From contig OZ242195.1 in assembly GCA_965205975.1 (NCBI GenBank), positions 1,152,001-1,216,000 on the forward strand: DNA of 64,000 nt, given 5' to 3'. How positions within the stretch are numbered: position 1 is the first letter of the stretch; every line of letters begins with the position of its first letter. Positions 1-9,911 of this stretch are shown here, in pieces. The notes below the pieces were generated by a model. The model did not search any database. It was not told the origin of the DNA and was given only the letters and a program-made list of their open reading frames with translations. The translations under genes and the position numbers were made by a program. Source of the DNA: Candidatus Latescibacterota bacterium. GTDB taxonomy: Bacteria > Latescibacterota > UBA2968.

Positions 1-2
1 AT

Positions 3-398
3 CCGTTTGAAGCGCCATTGATCGATCCCCAATGCCTGGTTGACGAGGCCGACGTGCACGTGATGCTGGAAGGTGTTAAACTGGCGCGAGAAATTGTACA
101 TGCACAAGCTTTTGACCGATATCGCGGGCGAGAGTTTTTCCCGGGGGATGATGTGCAGGATGATCAGGCATTGGTTGACTTTATTCGCAATTATTCAACG
201 ACTATTTACCATCCGGTGGGTACGTGTAAGATGGGCAACGATGATATGGCTGTGGTGAATAATCGACTTCAGGTACACGGAATTGAGGGATTGCGCGTAG
301 CTGATGCTTCGATTATGCCATTTATTATCAATGCAAATACCAACGCGCCGTGCATGATGATTGGAGAGAAAGCCGCAGATATGATTCTGCGTGGCTAA
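3..398 (+). CDS. GMC oxidoreductase (choline dehydrogenase-like), C-terminal part; 5' end outside window
   Basis: TIYHPVGTCKMG, LRVADASIMP and NTNAPCMMIGEKAAD motifs of the GMC C-terminal domain; frame open to window start. Confidence 0.9.
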   Translation, partial: PFEAPLIDPQCLVDEADVHVMLEGVKLAREIVHAQAFDRYRGREFFPGDDVQDDQALVDFIRNYSTTIYHPVGTCKMGNDDMAVVNNRLQVHGIEGLRVADASIMPFIINANTNAPCMMIGEKAADMILRG

Positions 399-432
399 AA
401 ATTGGCTACACACTTTGGAAAGGACCCTTTGT

Positions 433-1923
433 ATGGCAGAGAAACCCAATGTGATCGTAATTTTTACAGATGATCAGGGATATGGTGACGCGAGTTGCCT
501 GAATCCAGATGCGAAGTTTCCAACGCCAAATCTGGATCGGTTGGCAGCAGAAGGGATCGCTTTTACCAATGGGCATTGCTCAGATACGGTTTGCACCCCT
601 TCGCGTTATGGATTGCTGACTGGACGCTATTCCTGGCGGACGTTGAAGAAACAGGGCGTTTTTCCCGCCGAAGTGCCGTGTCTGATTACAGACGAACGTA
701 TGACGCTGGCTTCAATGTTCGGGGCAAATGGATATGATACGGCGATGGTGGGCAAGTGGCATCTGGGTATGAATTTCCCTGGCGAGGTGGGCAATCGCGA
801 TTGGAGTCAGCCTGTTACCGATATGCCGCTGGATAAGGGATTTGATTATTTCTATGGCATACCCGCTTCGCTCAATTATGGAATTCTCGCCTGGTTTGAA
901 GGGCGATATGCCAGAGTACCGCCGACAGTTTACACGGCTAAGAAGCCCAATAGCCGGCATATGGATTATCGCATCATGCCACCATATCAGAACACGCCAG
1001 AAGAGACGCTTGAAGCATTGGGCACAAGGGGGATGGAGGTTGCGCCTGATTTTATTGACAATGAGTGTTTGACGCGGTTTACCGATAAGGCAATTGCGTG
1101 GATGCAGGGCAAAGAAGCAAGTGCCAAAAGTGGTAAGCCATTTTTTTTGTACCTGCCATTTACATCGCCGCACTATCCTGTGTGCCCGCGTGAGGAATTT
1201 TGGAATCAAGGCGATTGCGGTGGCTATGGTGAGTTTATGATTGAGACAGATCACCATGTAGGGCGCGTGCTGGATTATCTGGAACAGTCGGGATTGGATG
1301 ATAATACTATTGTTGTATATACCAGTGATAATGGCCCTGAGAATTCGTGGCGTAGAAGGATTGAAGAATTTGGTCATCATAGCAATGGGATTTATCGCGG
1401 AGGTAAAAGGGATATTTACGAAGGTGGACATCGCGTGCCATTTTTTATGCGGTGGCCCAAAGGCATTCAGAATCCCGGGCGCGAATGTGATGATCTGGTA
1501 GGTCTGATCGATTTGATGGCGACTTTTGCTGAGGTTGTCGGTGCGGAGTTGCCTGCTGATGCGGGCGAAGATAGCCAGAGTTTTGCGAAGATACTCAGTG
1601 ATTCTGACACACCCCACGAACGATTGTCTTTGATTAACCACGGTGCTGGAGGACGGTTTGCGATTACAGAAGGCACGTGGAAGTTGATTATGGCGCACAA
1701 GGATGAGCCGTTGGAGCTTTACGATCTCGCGAATGATCCCGGCGAGACAAAAAACGCGATTGGCGATCATCCTGAGATTGTAGCAGATTTGACCGATAAA
1801 ATTACAAGCATTGTGTGCAATGGGCGTACGACCTCTGGAGAGAATCAGGCGAACGATACCGATTACTGGAATGATTTGACGTGGATTTCATCTGAAGATT
1901 ATCAGGAAAGGCAACTAAAATGA
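433..1923 (+). CDS. Arylsulfatase (Cys-type sulfatase)
   Basis: KPNVIVIFTDD, CTPSRYGLLTG, GKWHLG, SDNG; ATG at 433 after GGAAAGGA. Confidence 0.93.
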   Translation: MAEKPNVIVIFTDDQGYGDASCLNPDAKFPTPNLDRLAAEGIAFTNGHCSDTVCTPSRYGLLTGRYSWRTLKKQGVFPAEVPCLITDERMTLASMFGANGYDTAMVGKWHLGMNFPGEVGNRDWSQPVTDMPLDKGFDYFYGIPASLNYGILAWFEGRYARVPPTVYTAKKPNSRHMDYRIMPPYQNTPEETLEALGTRGMEVAPDFIDNECLTRFTDKAIAWMQGKEASAKSGKPFFLYLPFTSPHYPVCPREEFWNQGDCGGYGEFMIETDHHVGRVLDYLEQSGLDDNTIVVYTSDNGPENSWRRRIEEFGHHSNGIYRGGKRDIYEGGHRVPFFMRWPKGIQNPGRECDDLVGLIDLMATFAEVVGAELPADAGEDSQSFAKILSDSDTPHERLSLINHGAGGRFAITEGTWKLIMAHKDEPLELYDLANDPGETKNAIGDHPEIVADLTDKITSIVCNGRTTSGENQANDTDYWNDLTWISSEDYQERQLK

Positions 1924-3467
1924 GGAATTCTCAACAAACACCGGGGCAGCGTCCCAATATTCTGATTATATGCAGCGATCAGCATCATCCGGCAATGGTG
2001 GGGTATCGGCAGTACCCATTTGTGGAGACGCCCAATCTGGATCGCCTGGGGCGCGAAGGTACACACTTTACGAGAGCGTATGCCAATTGTGCGGTGTGCG
2101 GTCCCAGTCGCATGAGTTTTATGACGGGGAAGTACGTTCACCAGATTGATAGCTGGTCGAATGGCGTGCCTCTGCCCGATGAAGAAAAACAAAAGACCTG
2201 GGCAGCGCGGCTGGATCAAAATGGTATTGAATCGACTTGCATAGGCAAAATCGACTCCGCTGGCTCTGTTGATGATCACAACCCTGGATTTACGCATTTT
2301 GACGAACCTATTCACCGAACAGCATGGGACCCCTATCCGAGAGAATTGCCTTTTGACAAACGCCTTCCGGGATGCACGCGGCCAGCCAGTCGGCGATTTT
2401 TGCTCGAAGCGGGTGGGGGAGATGTCGCTAAGGTTGATGACCGGCAGGAGTTGGGATTCTATGGTCACGACCGCGAGGTGACGGATAAGACATTGGCGTA
2501 TTTGCGGGAAAAAGGGCAGGATAAATCGGATTCGCCCTGGGTGCTGTATGTCGGCTATCTGTATCCCCATTGGCCGTATCGCGTACCTCAGAAATATTTC
2601 GATATGTACTATCCCGATCGCGTTTTGATGCCTCACGATGCAAAGTTTCCAAATCTCGATATTCATCCCGCGATGCAGGAGTGGCAAGCCTCTAATGTAT
2701 TTGGGGAAGTGACAGAGGATATGCTGCGCCGGACGATTGCCGCTTATTGCGGTATGATCACCTGTATGGATGATATGATCGGCGAGGTTTTCGATGAGTT
2801 GCAGGACCAGGGGCTGTATGAAAACACATATATCATCTACACATCAGATCATGGAGAATCCATGGGTGAACACGGGCTTTTTTTTAAGCACTGTTCTTAT
2901 GAAGGGGCTATTGGGGTTCCTCTTGTGATCACAGGACCGGGTATTCCTGAGGGAGAGGTCAATACCGACACGCCCGTTTCTCTGGTTGATCTCTATCCCA
3001 CCATTTTGGACATGGCGGGGTTGGATCCCGAACCTGGTCTGCCTGGCGCAAGCTGGTTGCCACTTGTGAAGGGTGAACCACACAAACGGTCTGAGCGCGT
3101 TTTTGCAGAATGGCATGGTCCGCAACTTCGAGGCGCGTATTACATGATTGTGCGGGGAGATTACAAATACACCTGGTATGAATTTCATCCGCCCTCGTTA
3201 TTCAATGTGAAGGAAGACCCGAAGGAAGAGCGCGATCTCGCATCGGATATTGAACAGGCTGACAGGCTCAGGGCATTTGAAGAGGAGTTGCGTTCCATAG
3301 TCGATCCGAAGGCGACGGCTCTGCGCGCCAAGCGAGATTTGGGGCTGATTGCTCCAGATGGCACGGATATGACCGATAGTCTGATACCCTGGGCGGGATT
3401 TGAAGACGGGACAGTTGGGAAAGTTATGCGTGCCGACAGTGCGCGGCGCAGGAGGAAAAAGATATGA
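1920..3467 (+). CDS. Sulfatase (choline-sulfatase-like)
   Basis: RPNILIICSDQH, CGPSRMSFMTG, SDHGE; ATGA overlap with upstream gene. Confidence 0.92.
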   Translation: MRNSQQTPGQRPNILIICSDQHHPAMVGYRQYPFVETPNLDRLGREGTHFTRAYANCAVCGPSRMSFMTGKYVHQIDSWSNGVPLPDEEKQKTWAARLDQNGIESTCIGKIDSAGSVDDHNPGFTHFDEPIHRTAWDPYPRELPFDKRLPGCTRPASRRFLLEAGGGDVAKVDDRQELGFYGHDREVTDKTLAYLREKGQDKSDSPWVLYVGYLYPHWPYRVPQKYFDMYYPDRVLMPHDAKFPNLDIHPAMQEWQASNVFGEVTEDMLRRTIAAYCGMITCMDDMIGEVFDELQDQGLYENTYIIYTSDHGESMGEHGLFFKHCSYEGAIGVPLVITGPGIPEGEVNTDTPVSLVDLYPTILDMAGLDPEPGLPGASWLPLVKGEPHKRSERVFAEWHGPQLRGAYYMIVRGDYKYTWYEFHPPSLFNVKEDPKEERDLASDIEQADRLRAFEEELRSIVDPKATALRAKRDLGLIAPDGTDMTDSLIPWAGFEDGTVGKVMRADSARRRRKKI

Positions 3468-6400
3468 CACCTGTAAATAATTCATTGCCCTTTAGACTGG
3501 GTGTGGGGTCTGCATTAAAAGCTGCGGCTCTGGCTTATTCGCAGACTGTTCGCAATGAGCCTGGGCTTTTGGCTTATTGGCGAGTGGGGGAGACTCAGAA
3601 CGCTGATGTCGGCAGAGAGAGTTCGTATGTGGCTTTGGGAATTGTGCCACATCTGGATGAAGATCCAGGGGGCGATGCATCTGTTGAATTCTTTTTTCAA
3701 GTTATTTCCGATGAGCAGTTGGACTATGAGCCCTGTCTTATTTCACATCAGATAGCCCACGGTGAACAGACGCGATTTGCGTTTCATGTGACGCGAGATT
3801 TGAATGCGCTTCGATTTCTCAACGGCACGACAAATACACTGATTTTCCCGCCTGATGGCCCGATAGAAGTGGGGCAGTGGTATCATTTTTTGGCTACGAG
3901 CAAGCCGCGACAGGAATTTCGCGCTTATATCGATGGCGTCGAATGCTTTCTGGATATGGGGTCTCTGGCGTTTGGTGTGCTGCGGCAAGCTGGTCCGATA
4001 CAGATTGGTGCGTCCAGCGCAAGTGGTGAGGATCGGGCTGTAAATTGTGCGATAGACGAGGTAGCTATATACAATGTGGCTCTGACACCGTTGGATATCG
4101 CGCGACACGTTGATGCAGCTGGTCGAGAGACGCTCCGAAAGCGGGTGGTGCATGATCGGGAACAACGGGAGGACGAAGAAAACGAGGTGGCGGCGGAGGC
4201 GCTTAGGGCGCGTCTAAACGATTCCGCTTTGTTCGATCCCGGCGAGACAAAAGTCTATGAAGGGCAATATCTGGATGCGATTTCTCTGCCTGTGGGGGGT
4301 ATTGGTGCGGGTTTGATTCAGGTGAATGGCAAGGCAGAGCGGTCAGTATGGCAAATATTCAATAATTTTGAACATATCGAAGTATCCAATAGCTTTTTTG
4401 CCGTGTGGGCGAGGCCCCGGAGAAAAGAGCCTGTGGTCAGGGCGTTGCAGACTTCGGGTGTTGGCGTATTTCCCGCGATGGATCATCTGAGATTCAGGGG
4501 GGAATTCCCGTTTGGATGGTTTGAGTTCGCAGATGCCGATTTTCCCCTTCGGGTCGAAATGGAGGTTTTTAATCCGCTGATTCCCTTCGATGTGAAATCT
4601 TCGAGTATCCCGTGTGGGATTTTTAATCTGACGGCGAGCAATGAAGGCGATTCCCCTGTAGAAGTCAGTTTTCTGGCTACGCAACAAAATGCGATTGGCA
4701 TCGCGGGAGATGAAACCCAGGAGGATTATGGCGGCAATGTCAACCGGGTGATTCGAGAGGATAATGCGACTTCGATTCATATGACGCACCTGTCGTCACC
4801 GGATGTAGATATGGTGCTGTCGGCACAGGTGGAAAATGCCTGTGCGACAGCTTCGTGGACCGGCTTGCGCGATTTGTATGAAGCGTTTTCACGAGATGGT
4901 GATCTGGAGTATGTCGAAACAGCGGGTCCGTCGGCTACTGGCGAAACGGTCGATTGCGCGCTGGCTACGCCATTTGTGCTTCGACCAGGGGAAAAACGCA
5001 CTATTACCTTTGTTCTCGCCTGGTATTTCCCCAATACCAACCATGGTTCGCGTATATGGGTGAAACACGGCAATATGTATGCAAACTGGTGGACTGATGC
5101 GCTGGATGTTTATGCATATCTCAAGGCTAATCTCGGTGATTTGACACAACAGACGCGGCGCTTTCACGATACGCTCTATGCGTCTAATCTCCCACACTGG
5201 TTGCTGGATCGAATTAGTTCTCAGGTCGCAGTGCTGAGAAGCAAGACGTGTTTTTGGGCAAGAGATGGGTATTTTGGAGCCAATGAAGGTTGTGCACCAA
5301 CTTTGGGTTGTTGCTTGGGGAATTGCAGCCATGTATGGCACTATGCCCAGGCGCATGCGCGTCTTTTTCCCGATATTGCGCGGAGAATGCGCGAGCAGAC
5401 ATTTGCTTTGCAGCGGGAAGATGGGGGATTGCCTTTTCGCCACAGCGATCGCCATTTTGAAATACAAGGTCCGGCAATTGATGGGATGCTCGGCGATATT
5501 TTGAGTACGTATCGCGAGTATCTGTGTAGCTCAGATCAACAGTGGTTACACGCGCATTGGCCCAGCGCGCAGAGGGCGATGGATTTTGTGATTGCGCGTT
5601 GGGATTCAGATGAAGACGGTTTGCTATCAGGTTCGCAACACAATACGCTCGATGGTGAACTGTCGGGATCAACATCGTGGATGGGGACGCTTTATCTGTC
5701 GGCTCTTGCGGCGTGTGAAAAGATGGCGGTATTGGAAGATGATGCGCAGTCCGTTGACCGATATCGCAGGTTGCGCGAAAAGGGAACGCGAAACCAGAAT
5801 CAGACGCTCTGGAATGGCGAGTATTACGTGCAGAGTCCCGACGAGGATGCCCATGAAGACTACGGAGATGGTTGCCATATCGATCAGGTGCTGGGTGAGT
5901 GGTGGGCACCGCTGGTGAATTTGCCGGGGCACTATCCCGAGGAAAATGTCCGTTCGGCACTGCGGTCGCTTTTACAGTACAATTTCAAGCATCATTTTCG
6001 GACGACGACACAGAGGCCGAGAAAATTTGTCGATAATGACGATGCAGCTATGAAGATGATTTCCTGGCCAAAAGGTCCTCAGCCATTCCGCAGTATGAAA
6101 TACGGCGACGAGGCGATGACGGGTTTTGAGTATGGCGCTGCTGCAACGATGGTTCAGTTTGGAATGCTCAGGGAAGGCCTGATGGTTGCCCGCGCTGTTT
6201 ACGATCGCTACGATGGCAAGCTGCGCGATCAGTTGACGGAGATGAATACGGCGTCGTGGGGGTATAGCGGAAATCCGTTTGGCGATGATGAATGCGGCAA
6301 ATTTTATGCACGGGCGATGAGTGTGTGGTCATTGTTGCTCGCTTGCCAGGGCTTTGTATATGAAGGTCCCAAAGCGCGAATTGGCTTTGCACCTGTTTGG

Positions 6401-6703
6401 AAACCCGATGATCACGTATCCTTTTTTACCGCAGCCGAAGGATGGGGCCTGTTCAGGCAGCGACGCGATGTAGAAATGCAGGTGATGGAATTAAGTGTTG
6501 AATGGGGGCGTCTGCCCGTTCGGATATTTGAATTTGTATTGCCCGAAGGTCGGCAGGTACAATCGGTTGTTGCTTCCGTCGGTGGGGAGGAGGTGAGTAA
6601 TATCGCCTCATTTAGCGATTCTAAGGTGACTCTGACCATGGAAGAAGAAGTGGTTTTAACTGCTGAAAATAAGATGGTCATTGAGGTGTCGATCAATCGG
6701 TAA
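3464..6703 (+). CDS. LamG/concanavalin-like domain fused to GH116-family glycoside hydrolase
   Basis: LAYWR, QWYH, IDEVAIYN (LamG), then LPVGGIGAG, NCSHVWHY, HNTLD, ECGKFYARAM typical of GH116. Confidence 0.85.
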   Translation: MTPVNNSLPFRLGVGSALKAAALAYSQTVRNEPGLLAYWRVGETQNADVGRESSYVALGIVPHLDEDPGGDASVEFFFQVISDEQLDYEPCLISHQIAHGEQTRFAFHVTRDLNALRFLNGTTNTLIFPPDGPIEVGQWYHFLATSKPRQEFRAYIDGVECFLDMGSLAFGVLRQAGPIQIGASSASGEDRAVNCAIDEVAIYNVALTPLDIARHVDAAGRETLRKRVVHDREQREDEENEVAAEALRARLNDSALFDPGETKVYEGQYLDAISLPVGGIGAGLIQVNGKAERSVWQIFNNFEHIEVSNSFFAVWARPRRKEPVVRALQTSGVGVFPAMDHLRFRGEFPFGWFEFADADFPLRVEMEVFNPLIPFDVKSSSIPCGIFNLTASNEGDSPVEVSFLATQQNAIGIAGDETQEDYGGNVNRVIREDNATSIHMTHLSSPDVDMVLSAQVENACATASWTGLRDLYEAFSRDGDLEYVETAGPSATGETVDCALATPFVLRPGEKRTITFVLAWYFPNTNHGSRIWVKHGNMYANWWTDALDVYAYLKANLGDLTQQTRRFHDTLYASNLPHWLLDRISSQVAVLRSKTCFWARDGYFGANEGCAPTLGCCLGNCSHVWHYAQAHARLFPDIARRMREQTFALQREDGGLPFRHSDRHFEIQGPAIDGMLGDILSTYREYLCSSDQQWLHAHWPSAQRAMDFVIARWDSDEDGLLSGSQHNTLDGELSGSTSWMGTLYLSALAACEKMAVLEDDAQSVDRYRRLREKGTRNQNQTLWNGEYYVQSPDEDAHEDYGDGCHIDQVLGEWWAPLVNLPGHYPEENVRSALRSLLQYNFKHHFRTTTQRPRKFVDNDDAAMKMISWPKGPQPFRSMKYGDEAMTGFEYGAAATMVQFGMLREGLMVARAVYDRYDGKLRDQLTEMNTASWGYSGNPFGDDECGKFYARAMSVWSLLLACQGFVYEGPKARIGFAPVWKPDDHVSFFTAAEGWGLFRQRRDVEMQVMELSVEWGRLPVRIFEFVLPEGRQVQSVVASVGGEEVSNIASFSDSKVTLTMEEEVVLTAENKMVIEVSINR

Positions 6704-6732
6704 AACCTGAGAAAAAAAGAAAGGATTAAGGC

Positions 6733-7539
6733 ATGAACCAACCCTTGCAGTTGAAGAGATATTTTTGGGACGCAGTTGTTGCAACCATGTTCTGCTCGTT
6801 GGTTACCACATCAGAAACAGATGCACAACCCGATGGCAATGAATGGGTTGAACGTTACGAACCTCACGTTTTCAACGATATGCCATATCGGCTGTTGGAG
6901 CCTATAGATTTTGATGCGGACAAGCGCTACCCTGTTATCGTTTCATTGCATGGCGGCGGTGGCCGGGGGACGGATAATCGAAAACAATTGCGTGGCTGGA
7001 ATAGACTTCTTGCAGACGAGCAGAGGCGAACAGATTATCCGTCTTATGTGCTCGCTCCTCAAGTCAGTCGTTTGTGGAATGCAGAAGACCTTCAAAAGAT
7101 CAAGGATCTCATTGCAACATTGCCGTCCGTTGATATGGATAGAATATACATTCTCGGGCACTCCATGGGAGGGCACGGTACCCATGTATTTTTACAAATT
7201 GATCCTCATTATTTCGCAGCGGCAGTACCTTCGGCTGGAACGGGTTTGCCTCAGACAGAAGAATTTATCGATGCGTCAGTGATTAAAGATGTTCCGATAT
7301 GGGCTTTCCATGGGGATCAGGATAAGGTCTGTCCATTCGAACGCGCTCAAAAACTTTTTGAGGAGATGAAGAAATCAGGTGGGAATATGAAGTTCACGAT
7401 CTGGGCTGGTGATGGACATGGTGTTGCCATGAAAATGATTACTGGTGCCGACAATGGCAACACCCAATTCAGCAGCGATCGCTGTGATCCCGAGCCGGTG
7501 TTTATGAAATGGCTTTTTGCACAGAAACGCACGCTGTGA
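6733..7539 (+). CDS. Secreted alpha/beta hydrolase (predicted peptidase/carboxylesterase)
   Basis: Signal peptide, LHGGGGRG, GHSMGG nucleophile motif, WAFHGDQD. Confidence 0.85.
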   Translation: MNQPLQLKRYFWDAVVATMFCSLVTTSETDAQPDGNEWVERYEPHVFNDMPYRLLEPIDFDADKRYPVIVSLHGGGGRGTDNRKQLRGWNRLLADEQRRTDYPSYVLAPQVSRLWNAEDLQKIKDLIATLPSVDMDRIYILGHSMGGHGTHVFLQIDPHYFAAAVPSAGTGLPQTEEFIDASVIKDVPIWAFHGDQDKVCPFERAQKLFEEMKKSGGNMKFTIWAGDGHGVAMKMITGADNGNTQFSSDRCDPEPVFMKWLFAQKRTL

Positions 7540-7735
7540 GTAGATTTTTTCGCACTCGATGAAGAATAGCATGTTCATATCTCGGAATGTAAATTGAACA
7601 TTTTGTAGCAAATGGCGGTATGGATTTTTTGTCATTTAATTCATAAATATATATAAATAAAAGATTTGTAAAATATCCTGGTCAACGGCACCGATTTTGC
7701 CTGATGTTGTGGAAACAATATCAGGGAGATAGTAT

Positions 7736-8428
7736 ATGAATGGCTTTGTAAAAAGTAGAGGTGGTATCGCGGGTGTGGCGGATGTGGATATGCCGCGGGA
7801 AAAACTCGAGCGTTTGGGACCGGAGGCTTTGCGCGATGAGGAATTGCTGGCAATTTTGCTGCGGACGGGCTACGAAGGCCGAAATGTGCTGGAAATTTCG
7901 CGCGGGATAATCAAGAAGTATCCCGTTAATAAACTCGTGGATATGGATCTGAAAAAGCTCACGACAATGAAGGGAATCGGACGGGCAAAAGCCGCGGGTT
8001 TGGTCGCGGGATTTGAACTGGCAAAACGAGGTCTCAATCAGGGAATAGGAATTGAACCTTCTATTACGAGTCCGGTTGATGTTTTGGGGTTTCTGACCGA
8101 TATCAAAGATCGGCGCAAGGAATATTTTGTGGCGCTTTTTCTCAATGCTCGGAATCAGGTGATTTGCCGCGAAGATGTGTCGGTTGGCTCGCTCAATGCC
8201 TCACTCGTGCATCCGCGAGAAGTGTTTGCGCCAGCCGTGGGGTCGTCTGCTGCGAGTGTAATTCTGGCGCACAATCATCCCAGCGGTGATGTAACACCGA
8301 GCCGGGAAGATATTGAGCTGACGCGCCGCATGGTGCAGGCCGGTGAGATTATGGGGATTGAGGTGTTGGACCATCTAATCGTCGGTTCGGAGCGGTTCTT
8401 GAGCATGAAAGAGGCGAATGTTTTTTAG
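7736..8428 (+). CDS. radC: RadC-family JAB domain protein
   Basis: PREKL..ELLAILL HhH region, VHPREVF, HNHPSGD, LDHLIV. Confidence 0.95.
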   Translation: MNGFVKSRGGIAGVADVDMPREKLERLGPEALRDEELLAILLRTGYEGRNVLEISRGIIKKYPVNKLVDMDLKKLTTMKGIGRAKAAGLVAGFELAKRGLNQGIGIEPSITSPVDVLGFLTDIKDRRKEYFVALFLNARNQVICREDVSVGSLNASLVHPREVFAPAVGSSAASVILAHNHPSGDVTPSREDIELTRRMVQAGEIMGIEVLDHLIVGSERFLSMKEANVF

Positions 8429-8436
8429 GTGGTGAT

Positions 8437-9246
8437 ATGAGTCGAATATTAACGCTGACGACAGATTTTGGCATTTCTGATGGCTATGTCGGTGCGATGA
8501 AGGGCGTGGTGCTCACCTGTGCGCCAGAAGCTCGAATTGTAGATATTACACATCAAGTGCCGCCTCAGGATATTGCTGCCGGTGCGTTTGCGATGTATTG
8601 CGCGTGCCCTTTTTTTCCAGAAGGTAGCGTGCATGTTGGGGTGGTTGATCCCGGAGTGGGGAGTGATCGACGGGGTATTGTCGTTGAGACGGAGCAATTT
8701 GTATATGTCGGACCGGATAATGGTCTGTTTTCTCCTGTCTATGAGCGAGAAGCTGTAAGGCGCATTGTGGCGATTGAAAATACGGCATTGATGAGACCCG
8801 TTGTAAGTTCGACGTTTCACGGACGAGATGTATTTGCCCTGGTAGGGGCGCATTTGCTCAAGGGAATACCGTGTGGCGAGGTGGGACCGGAAATTGAGGA
8901 TCCAGTTACATGTGATTTGTGGGGTGTTGAAGAGCGTGCCGATGCACTCGTTGGTCGGGTGGTGTGCGTTGACCATTTTGGCAATGCGATTTCAATGATT
9001 GCGCAGGCGCAAATTGATGCAAAATATTCCGATGGGGATTTTGAGATCGCGATTGGCAAGATGCGATTTGACCAGATATTCCAGACATATAGTGAGGCCA
9101 AAGAGGGAGAAGCACTGGCACTTTACGGCAGTATGGAGACGCTGGAGATCGCGATTTGTGGAGGTAGTGCAAGCAGGACGCTTGGCATAAAGCGAGGAGA
9201 TGAGATTTGTGTTTTTAGGGGTCAGGGCAGGAGGGATAAGAGTTGA
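8437..9246 (+). CDS. SAM hydroxide adenosyltransferase (DUF62 family)
   Basis: LTTDFG, VVDPGVGSDRR, GPDNG, TFHGRDVF, DHFGN. Confidence 0.9.
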   Translation: MSRILTLTTDFGISDGYVGAMKGVVLTCAPEARIVDITHQVPPQDIAAGAFAMYCACPFFPEGSVHVGVVDPGVGSDRRGIVVETEQFVYVGPDNGLFSPVYEREAVRRIVAIENTALMRPVVSSTFHGRDVFALVGAHLLKGIPCGEVGPEIEDPVTCDLWGVEERADALVGRVVCVDHFGNAISMIAQAQIDAKYSDGDFEIAIGKMRFDQIFQTYSEAKEGEALALYGSMETLEIAICGGSASRTLGIKRGDEICVFRGQGRRDKS

Positions 9247-9911
9247 GAAATGCGGTCTATTTCGATATCGGGCTGTTCTAATGGCGTTTGAGGCTTTCTG
9301 CTTTTTTGTCGGCCATGGCGCATGCGTGCGGTGGTCATACCCAGGGTTTTTGCCGTGGCTATTTCGTCGGTGAGTTTGTCGCCCACGCATAGAATGTGGG
9401 CGTGGGGCAAGGATAATGCTTTTGCTGCTTGCGTGAGGGATGGTGTTTTATCACTGCTTTTTCCGGCGTCGTGTAGAATGAGGGTATTGTCGGCCTCGCT
9501 AAAATAATCGCACAAGCCGAGAAGGCGCACTTTTTCGCGCTGGCGGTCGGGATTTCCAGAGGTGACAAGGGCGAGTTGGTAATCGCGCTGGACAAGGGTA
9601 GCGAGGGTGGGGAGTACATCGGGGAAAAGGGTGATGGTCTCCACAATGCGGGGATTGTAGGCATTGAGTGCCCGTTCTACGATGTTGGCCGGGATATTGT
9701 ACTGGGTGCCGAGTATGCGGATGGCCTCTGAAGATCCATGCGTTTGGGATAGTGACACCTGTTGCTGATAACCAGTCTCAATTGAGAGGTCGGGATGTGC
9801 AGATGCGAGAATTTGAGCTGCTCTGTGACGTGCGGGTTGGGTGAGTTGACCCGTGCAATCAAAGAGGGTGTCGTCGAGGTCAAAAATAATACCTCTAAAT
9901 TTTGCTATCAT
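9222..9911 (-). CDS. HAD-family hydrolase
   Basis: FDLDDTL motif I, VTSG, VGDKLTDEI motif IV. Confidence 0.88.
   Translation of the reverse strand: MIAKFRGIIFDLDDTLFDCTGQLTQPARHRAAQILASAHPDLSIETGYQQQVSLSQTHGSSEAIRILGTQYNIPANIVERALNAYNPRIVETITLFPDVLPTLATLVQRDYQLALVTSGNPDRQREKVRLLGLCDYFSEADNTLILHDAGKSSDKTPSLTQAAKALSLPHAHILCVGDKLTDEIATAKTLGMTTARMRHGRQKSRKPQTPLEQPDIEIDRISQLLSLLP

Noticed and set aside
7540..7735. AT-rich intergenic stretch as ncRNA or SOS box
   Set aside because: No recognisable structure or operator consensus; likely just promoter DNA
7736..8428. radC as marker of a mobile element
   Set aside because: Full-length HhH+JAB chromosomal type among housekeeping genes
8437..9246. 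SAM-dependent chlorinase/fluorinase
   Set aside because: Has the Asp-Arg-His set (VDPG, R, TFHGRD) of SAM hydroxide adenosyltransferases; halogenases have Tyr in place of this His
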